Assembly (NCBI GenBank): GCA_963800745.1
Contig: CAWDCI010000034.1
Span: forward strand, 27,250-91,249
Direction of reading: 5' to 3'
Source of the DNA: an uncultured Acidobacteriaceae bacterium
Lineage (GTDB): Bacteria > Acidobacteriota > Terriglobia > Terriglobales > Acidobacteriaceae
Length of the DNA: 64,000 bases
In this document: positions 59,201 through 64,000 of the stretch, piece by piece
Numbering within the stretch: the first letter of the stretch is position 1
Layout: every line of letters begins with the position of its first letter
Notes under the pieces: generated by a model
Seen by the model: only the letters and a program-made list of their open reading frames with translations
Told to the model about the DNA's origin: nothing
The model's database searches: none
Position numbers and translations under genes: made by a program

Positions 59201-59763
59201 AGATCGATCACCCCGCCACCCAGGTGGGCACTCGCTCCGCTCCAGTTCGGATGCAATAACAGCATGCTGAAACCCAGGAGCCACGGCCCGATTTCCGGCC
59301 GCGCCCAGCGGTAACGGATGAGTTCAATGCCTGCCAGAAGTGCGATCAACTGGCAGAGAACCTGGAATACGACTCGCGGCGCCACCAAGTCAGGCCACCA
59401 GAGGGCACGAACCGCGGCGAAGCCCGCCACCGCGCAGGAGAACAGCAATAAGGGCCACAATAACCGCCGGTCATGCGTGTAAAGCAGAATGGCCGTGGAA
59501 AATAGCCCCACCGTGAGGACGAACTCGGATTGCGCAAGCGCCAACGGGAACCCATACGACGAACCGCCGCTCACGCTCAGGCTCCAGCTCGCAGCCAAAT
59601 GCATCAGCCAGCCTAGGATCCAAATCAAGAGGTAACGTTCCCGGAAGGTGCGGTACACCACCAGAGTCACCGCCAGCACGATGAGCGCGGCCGACTCCTG
59701 CGTAATCAGGCTGGGAACAATCATGTCCCCGGCGTTCCACGCGCACAAGGTGGGCATATTCAT
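56275..59763 (-). CDS. hybrid sensor histidine kinase (multi-TM sensor, GAF, PAS, PAS, GAF, HisKA, HATPase_c, REC)
   Basis: The intact 1162 aa ORF has about 6-7 N-terminal TM segments, an H-box (SAVGQLISGVAHELNNPLTAI), N/G boxes (NIINNAMDAM, DSGPGI, GTGLGLSICY), and a C-terminal receiver (RVLLVEDEEAVL). Confidence 0.85.
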   Translation of the reverse strand: MNMPTLCAWNAGDMIVPSLITQESAALIVLAVTLVVYRTFRERYLLIWILGWLMHLAASWSLSVSGGSSYGFPLALAQSEFVLTVGLFSTAILLYTHDRRLLWPLLLFSCAVAGFAAVRALWWPDLVAPRVVFQVLCQLIALLAGIELIRYRWARPEIGPWLLGFSMLLLHPNWSGASAHLGGGVIDLALGTSMLLVVLDESKMRTRRLSVIQTLTDTMTRSLQPGPMLETALTELKSLMGAQAAWFRLLEGDKMVIVQQIGLSHDFLRERTSVPKDDSFERGFQEGKPVALKISSTDESARPQLHKEGFDHCIVIPVLGKKSVIGTLTLGSKQHIQYAPEEMEFLATTAHQLGLAVENLRLLEQILRSHRQWTNTFDSIQDAVLLHDSGFRIMKANMALLRRLEQAPAAVIGTTCEASLPRDLGEWTGCPYCQDGKTFYEGADPCFGGFSMVSTSSYREQGSELRGTIHVVRDVTDRRLAEEKYKLLFEQMQEGVFVATPDGVLQECNDAFVRMLGCGNRDEVMALNLDREVYVSAERRAEFRREVEAHNFVRNFEVLLRRRDGTVLSAMESSFATRDVSGNIERYQGFVLDVTEKKQAEDEIRRRNRELNALNAMAMIANQSFDMDEILNLTLRQMILLLDAPAGSIYVADSTDGTFRRRADWGRNDNDKENVRDSEVKFPDGFGDLVTRSRTEVLTAEYLPHLPAAVAQFVSSGEPGSWIWVLLWGREYPLGMMGIRRDEALKYSSSDENLLVAASRQLATTIEKVRLYEETSRAYDDLRHTQEQLLQSEKMSAVGQLISGVAHELNNPLTAILGYAQLLETEQLSSKAADFVAKLFRQAQRTHRVVQNLLSFARQRKPQRYRVDVRKVLEETLLLREYDLKVNGIKLEREIDAQLPGVVADPHQLEQVFLNIINNAMDAMLEMGKGGLLRVCVYTSSGKVHVEFQDSGPGIKEPNRVFDPFYTTKSVGKGTGLGLSICYGIIKEHGGDISAHNRQGGGASIEIHLPSAGQSAALEQVLPPARHELAIAGRVLLVEDEEAVLEFERDVLAGAGAKVVTCVNADIAQSRLLSETFDALITNGKMPGSWNARDLYRWLGEKRPEMQQRLLFTFSAAPEPEIRAFLQENQVPFLVKPFEVAELISQARGLLHKAQTAVAGSC

Positions 59764-59897
59764 TGACGATGGCGGGGTAAAGTTCCCTTATATTCTTTAG
59801 CATGTTGCCCCCCGTAACCAATGGGTTTTCCCCCAGTCTTTGGTTACTTTCGGCATCTCGGAACTACGGTAGAATGGGCCTTAGACTAAAGCCGCCC

Positions 59898-60998
59898 ATG
59901 GCTACAACTCCCGACCGCATCCTCGTCGTTGACGATGAGGAACCAATCCGCGAAATCGTCTCTTCCATGCTCTCCGCGGGAGGCAGGTACACCTGCCTGC
60001 AGGCGGGCTCCGGCGAGGAAGCTCTCGCCCTGCTGGAATCCGGTGAGCAGTTTGCGCTCATGCTCTCTGACCTGATGATGGCGGGCATGGACGGACTGGC
60101 CCTGCTGGAGCGTGCCAAAGAGCGGACTCCGGATATGCCCGTGGTCATGGTCACCGCGGTGCACGACATTTCGGTTGCGCTGGCCGCTATCCGCAACGGT
60201 GCCTACGATTATCTGCTGAAGCCCTTCGAGCGCGAACAGTTACTGGCCACCGTGCTCCGTGCACTGGAGAACCGCCGCCTCAAGATGGAGAACCGCGCCT
60301 ACCAGACCAATCTGGAGAGCCTGGTCGAAGCCCGCACTCAGCAACTCAATAAAACCATGGGCAATCTCGAGCGTTCGTACGACATCACGCTCGAAGCCCT
60401 GGGCGACGCGCTCGATCTCAAGGATGCCGAAACCGAAGGCCACTCCAAGCGCGTCACGGCTTTCACCATTGCCATGGCCAAGCATATGGGGCTGAGTGAC
60501 AAGGAAATCCGTGTCATTGCCCGCGGCGCCTTTCTGCATGACATTGGCAAAATGGCGATTCCCGACGCCATTCTGCGCAAGCCCGGCGCGTTAACCCCTG
60601 ACGAAATCGCCATCATGCGCGAGCATTGCTATCGCGGCTATCAAATGCTGAAGAAGATTCCCTTCCTGAGCGAAGCTTCCGACATTGTGTATGCCCACCA
60701 GGAAAAGCACGACGGAACCGGTTATCCGCGCGGGCTCAAGGGCAACGAGATTCCGTTGGGCGCGCGTATTTTCTCGGTCGCCGATACGCTGGATGCCATC
60801 ACTTCCGACCGGCCTTACCGCCCCGCCCAGTCCTGGACCGCCGCCCGTGAAGAGATCAGGAAATGGGCTGGCCGCCAGTTTGATCCCGAGGTAGTTCGGA
60901 TCTTTCTCTCCATGCCGGAAAATATCTGGGGCGATTTGCGCAAGCAGATCAATTCTCAAAGCTACCGCTTCGCTTACTCAGCAACCAACAAACCTTAA
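59898..60998 (+). CDS. response regulator with an HD-GYP domain (RpfG-like c-di-GMP phosphodiesterase)
   Basis: REC (RILVVDDEEPIREIV...LMLSDLMMAGMDG) and HD-GYP (HSKRVTAFTIAMAKHMG, FLHDIGKMAIP, HQEKHDGTGYPRGLKG). The ATG at 59898 was chosen. It is divergent from the kinase gene. Confidence 0.85.
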   Translation: MATTPDRILVVDDEEPIREIVSSMLSAGGRYTCLQAGSGEEALALLESGEQFALMLSDLMMAGMDGLALLERAKERTPDMPVVMVTAVHDISVALAAIRNGAYDYLLKPFEREQLLATVLRALENRRLKMENRAYQTNLESLVEARTQQLNKTMGNLERSYDITLEALGDALDLKDAETEGHSKRVTAFTIAMAKHMGLSDKEIRVIARGAFLHDIGKMAIPDAILRKPGALTPDEIAIMREHCYRGYQMLKKIPFLSEASDIVYAHQEKHDGTGYPRGLKGNEIPLGARIFSVADTLDAITSDRPYRPAQSWTAAREEIRKWAGRQFDPEVVRIFLSMPENIWGDLRKQINSQSYRFAYSATNKP

Positions 60999-61137
60999 CC
61001 GGCCGCTGAATCGCTGGCACTCGAGTCAATCGGGAAGGGCGCGATTCTCCTCGCGTGATCGCGTTGTTCCAATTTCCTGCGCGCCTTTAGGTCCGATATC
61101 CAACCAAACGAATCGAATAGCGTTTTTCCGCGGCCGG

Positions 61138-61713
61138 CTACGGTTTGGGCGGGTTTTGCGAGGCCTGGCCCTTATCTGGCGCTAGTTTCTGGACCGCCTT
61201 CTCCGCTTCCTTCGACAGGGGGCCGTGCGGCAGAATCTTGAGATATGCCTGGTAGTGCGCCACGGCTTCGTCAGCCTGGTCCAGCTTCTCAAGAGACTCT
61301 CCCATACGGAAATTCGCCAGGGCATCATCCGGCTTGTAGACCAGAGCCTCGCGATAGCGATCCAGGGCGGCCCGGTAGTTCTTTCGCCGGAAATAAAAAT
61401 CTCCCACCTCAATATCCTTGGCCGCTTTGTGCGGATCCCACGGATGCATCTCCTGCACATCGCTTTCGTCTTCACTCGGATTCGCCGCCGGACTCGCGCT
61501 GCCGGGGTGGTCCTTGGCGTCATCTTTGGGAGGGCTGATGTCGATCCTGGTGTCGCGGCTGGAACTAACCCCGGTTTGGCGCGGCTCATCGTCGCGTGGG
61601 GGCGCTTCGTTCTTAGGGGGAGCCTGCTCGCTGGGTGGAAGCGGCTCAACTTGAGCTACCCCCAGCCCGCCCAAGATAAGCCAGAAAAGCGCGACCCAAT
61701 ACCATCGGCTCAT
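61138..61713 (-). CDS. tetratricopeptide repeat protein, secreted
   Basis: A signal peptide (WYWVALFWLILGGLGVAQ), a Pro/Asp-rich linker, and TPR units (GDFYFRRKNYRAALDRYREALVYKPDDALANFRMGESLEKLDQADEAVAHYQAYL). Confidence 0.7.
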   Translation of the reverse strand: MSRWYWVALFWLILGGLGVAQVEPLPPSEQAPPKNEAPPRDDEPRQTGVSSSRDTRIDISPPKDDAKDHPGSASPAANPSEDESDVQEMHPWDPHKAAKDIEVGDFYFRRKNYRAALDRYREALVYKPDDALANFRMGESLEKLDQADEAVAHYQAYLKILPHGPLSKEAEKAVQKLAPDKGQASQNPPKP

Positions 61714-61772
61714 GGCAACTATTCTACCTAGATTTTGAGATGCTGAGTGGGCGTTTCAGGGGACCCGAGTCG

Positions 61773-61808
61773 CGAAAAAAGGGCTGTTCCGCCGAGGCGG
61801 AACAGCCC
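61773..61808 (-). terminator. rho-independent terminator of the OmpA-family gene
   Basis: A perfect 12 bp stem, GGGCTGTTCCGC-CGAG-GCGGAACAGCCC (61781-61808). It is followed on the minus strand by TTTTTT (61780-61775), 36 nt after the stop at 61844. Confidence 0.8.
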
Positions 61809-61843
61809 TGGGTAAAGTCCTCCGGGGAGGGAGGGAATTTTTC

Positions 61844-62578
61844 CTACATGCTGGGCGGCATCTGCCCCGAAGCCGTCGGTTGGCTTGCCGGTCCGGAGCC
61901 GGTGGTATTGGTCATCAAGCGCACATCCACGCGGCGGTTCGCTGCCCGGCCGGCGCTCGTCTTGTTGGAATCGACTGGCTTATCCTTGCCCAAACCGATC
62001 AAATAGATCTTGTGGGCGGGCACATTGTGCGTCGAGGCCAGATATTGAATCACGGCATCGGCGCGCCGTTGGCTCAGGTCGTAGTTGTACTCCGAAGAAC
62101 CCACGGAGTCCGTGCCGCCTTCGACCGTGATTATGTATCCCTTGGTGCTGTTCACATCCGTGGCCATTTGGTCGAGTGCGTCCTTGGCCTTCTTGGTCAA
62201 ATTGTCTTTGTTGAAACCGAAGTGTACCGAGGCTTCCGTGACCACGCGATAGTTATCCAGATTGGCCACTGTCGTTTGTAGCGAGTCCACGCGGTTGACG
62301 GCGGTATCGGCCAGGGTCTGGGCTTGCGCGGCCTGCTGCCCGGCGGCCTGCGCCTTCTGATCCACTTCCGCGGTCTTGGTGTTCACCGCCGCAATACCGG
62401 ATTGGGCGCGGGTATCTACGTCCTTAATGTCCTTGGAATTCTTGGCGGCCAGATCATCCAGTTCGTTGGTCTTGTTGATCAGCGGCGTAGTCTGTTGCCG
62501 AACATAATTCTTGCTCGCGCAACCGAGGGAGAATGCTGTGCTCAATGCCAGCAAAATCGTTAGCGAAGTGCGGTTCAT
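61844..62578 (-). CDS. OmpA family lipoprotein with a coiled-coil N-terminal half
   Basis: Lipobox (LALSTAFSLGCAS), a Q/A/T-rich coiled region, and an OmpA_C domain (FGFNKDNL...GGTDSVGSSEYNYDLSQRRADAV...NRRVDVRL). Confidence 0.85.
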   Translation of the reverse strand: MNRTSLTILLALSTAFSLGCASKNYVRQQTTPLINKTNELDDLAAKNSKDIKDVDTRAQSGIAAVNTKTAEVDQKAQAAGQQAAQAQTLADTAVNRVDSLQTTVANLDNYRVVTEASVHFGFNKDNLTKKAKDALDQMATDVNSTKGYIITVEGGTDSVGSSEYNYDLSQRRADAVIQYLASTHNVPAHKIYLIGLGKDKPVDSNKTSAGRAANRRVDVRLMTNTTGSGPASQPTASGQMPPSM

Positions 62579-62817
62579 CTTGGGAGGGCTCCTTTTCCTC
62601 TGGTTAATTCTAATCTTGCCAAAGCCTTTGGGTCGCGACCTGGGTCCGGGGGAGAATTAACTCACTTGCGTCCCACAACCTACATAAGCACGGGGTATGC
62701 CACTTTCCATTAGTTGCCGAATGCCGGTTAAGTGTTGCTTTGCTAATAGTTTACAGACTTTTGCTCGGAAGTCAGCGGGGCGGTGCTGGCGACAATCCCC
62801 GTGAAACCGAGGAATTT

Positions 62818-63261
62818 TTATACGGTGGAACCGGTCGGGGCGCCCTTAGTAGGGCACCTAAGAGCCGGGGTGGCGTCAACAGGAATGCTCTCGCGTTTAT
62901 TACGGCGATACACGCGAAAATTTTCGTCCACCGTTATCACCACGTATTGGGGGTGCAATTCACTCATGCGGATCAAGCAAAGATCGGCCAAGTCGGGTTT
63001 GCGGTCCGCGTAGCGCTCTCCCAGTTTCAACAATTGTTCCAAATTCCGGGCGCAGTCGAAGGCTATCTGCAGCAAATCGTTCTGTAGAAGCGATAGAACG
63101 TAGGAAGCCGAGCCCAACTGAAATGCCGATTCGGCCAACACCGCTTCGCAGGTAAGCAACGGCTCGGTTATAGTCTTGGCAACATCCAAGGCCCAAGCGT
63201 GGTGATGGTCGTCGCGATTGCCGAACGCCACCACAAAGCCGCTATCCGCTATGCCCTTCAT
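62818..63261 (-). CDS. vapC: PIN domain toxin (VapC-like)
   Basis: The 147 aa ORF has acidic residues at PIN positions (IADSGF; TCEAVLAES; DLADLCLI; VITVDENF). Its ATG overlaps the upstream ORF's stop (ATGA at 63258-63261). Confidence 0.7.
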   Translation of the reverse strand: MKGIADSGFVVAFGNRDDHHHAWALDVAKTITEPLLTCEAVLAESAFQLGSASYVLSLLQNDLLQIAFDCARNLEQLLKLGERYADRKPDLADLCLIRMSELHPQYVVITVDENFRVYRRNKRESIPVDATPALRCPTKGAPTGSTV

Positions 63262-63470
63262 TCCCTGCTGAAACCCTTACGCGACGACAAATCGGGAGGC
63301 CCGCTGATGGCGCCCGCCAAATGAAGAAAACGACGGCTTCCCTTTTCAGACTTGGCGCTTTCCAGTTGCTGCCGAATTAATCGTCCAACCGGTACACCCG
63401 TACGTTGCGAGGTTTCCTTCAGTCAGGAAATAAGCTCCTCCGTAAGACGTATTGTCAGTGTATGACTCAT
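63258..63470 (-). pseudogene. ribbon-helix-helix (CopG/VapB-like) antitoxin with an in-frame TGA at codon 16
   Basis: Absent from the ORF track because it is split below 60 aa. Hand translation from ATG 63470 gives MSHTLTIRLTEELIS*LKETSQRTGVPVGRLIRQQLESAKSEKGSRRFLHLAGAISGPPDLSSRKGFSRE. The span is 213 nt, exactly 71 codons, with TGA at 63425-63423 where Trp (TGG) would fit (ELISWLKE). Confidence 0.6.
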
Positions 63471-63547
63471 TTGCCATACTTGTAACACACGCGCCCGCTT
63501 GATGCCATCGAGTCTCCATGGTCCCTCATCTAAAATAATGAGTTCCG

Positions 63548-64000
63548 ATGGACCTAGCCGCCAAAATCCGCTCTTTGCCCACCGAGCCCGGGGTTTATCT
63601 CTACAAGAACGCCGAGGGCGAGGTCATATACGTCGGCAAGGCCAATAGCCTGCGCAGCCGGGTGGGCTCCTATTTCCATGAGGGCCGTTGGCAGGACGCT
63701 AAGACCGGAACCCTGGTTCGCGAAGCGGCGGATGTCGATTACATCGTCGTCGCCAACACAAAAGAGGCGCTGGCCCTCGAGAATAACCTCATCAAACAGA
63801 AGAAGCCGCGCTTCAACATTCTGCTGCGCGACGACAAGACCTATCCTTATGTGAAGCTCACGCTGGGCGAGCGCTTTCCCCGGGTCTACGTCACTCGCCG
63901 CCTGCGCAAAGATGGCGCCGCCTACTACGGTCCCTACTTCCCCGCCAATCTGGCCTACCGGATCGTGGATCTGATCCACCGGAACTTTCTGGTGCCGTCG
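63548..64000 (+). CDS. uvrC: excinuclease ABC subunit C, N-terminal part; continues beyond the window end
   Basis: Absent from the ORF track (no stop in the window). Hand translation gives MDLAAKIRSLPTEPGVYLYKNAEGEVIYVGKANSLRSRVGSYF...ALALENNLIKQKKPRFNILLRDDKTYPY, a GIY-YIG domain. The listed minus ORF 63554..63979 is its antisense shadow. Confidence 0.9.
   Translation, partial: MDLAAKIRSLPTEPGVYLYKNAEGEVIYVGKANSLRSRVGSYFHEGRWQDAKTGTLVREAADVDYIVVANTKEALALENNLIKQKKPRFNILLRDDKTYPYVKLTLGERFPRVYVTRRLRKDGAAYYGPYFPANLAYRIVDLIHRNFLVPS

Noticed and set aside
63423-63425. Selenocysteine or an alternative genetic code at the antitoxin TGA (and the other in-frame stops)
   Set aside because: TGA, TAA and TAG all serve as normal terminators of well-supported genes throughout the window. 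No SECIS-like hairpin follows the codon, and a Trp codon fits the helix.
63554-63979. 141 aa minus-strand ORF at the window end
   Set aside because: It is antisense to the uvrC GIY-YIG domain, which is unambiguous on the + strand.
1-64000. CRISPR arrays, IS elements or transposases, prophage or integrase genes, and rRNA
   Set aside because: I found no regularly spaced direct repeats, no transposase, integrase or phage-like ORFs, and no rRNA-like sequence on either strand. The only repeats are the short hairpin families listed above.

Overview
The window reads as chromosomal DNA from a high-GC soil bacterium. Gene content and the intergenic hairpin repeats suggest Acidobacteriota, but I cannot confirm that without a database search. 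I count about 53 protein-coding loci, one tRNA-Ala(CGC), and no rRNA, CRISPR array, IS element or prophage.

Main blocks, left to right:
- CDF transporter (partial), epimerase, ubiE, aroB, nadB, terC, an M28 peptidase, tatC and tatA
- a secreted A/Q-rich protein plus a CsgG-like lipoprotein, and the S41 protease Ctp
- a remnant Tad pilus cluster (cpaA, tadE-like, tadG-like) and an AMIN-domain protein
- an mdtABC-like RND efflux operon
- a run of four broken genes (esterase, FtsX-type permease, ABC ATPase, second esterase)
- a PduO-type adenosyltransferase, and a TonB-dependent receptor preceded by two tandem cobalamin riboswitches
- a secreted hydrolase operon (CocE/NonD, phospholipase C-like, glycosidase-like), an SDR and tRNA-Ala
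- tonB, ribA, an MFS transporter, an ECF sigma / anti-sigma / DUF4097 trio, aroK and an AI-2E permease
- a lysine pathway array (lysC, dapB, dapA, dapD) split by an AT-rich two-gene insert
- a hybrid histidine kinase with a divergent REC-HD-GYP regulator, TPR and OmpA-family lipoproteins, a PIN/RHH toxin-antitoxin pair, and the start of uvrC

The most notable observations:
1. Two complete cobalamin riboswitches sit in one leader.
2. About 10 of the 53 genes carry frameshifts or in-frame stops. The lesions are strongly clustered, while every very long gene is intact.
3. An apparently intact PIN toxin is paired with an RHH antitoxin that carries an in-frame TGA.
4. DapA carries a Cys-rich C-terminal extension.
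5. REP/MITE-like hairpin repeats bracket individual genes.

I found no clearly novel multi-gene system. All functional calls rest on motif recognition in hand-checked translations, not on database searches.
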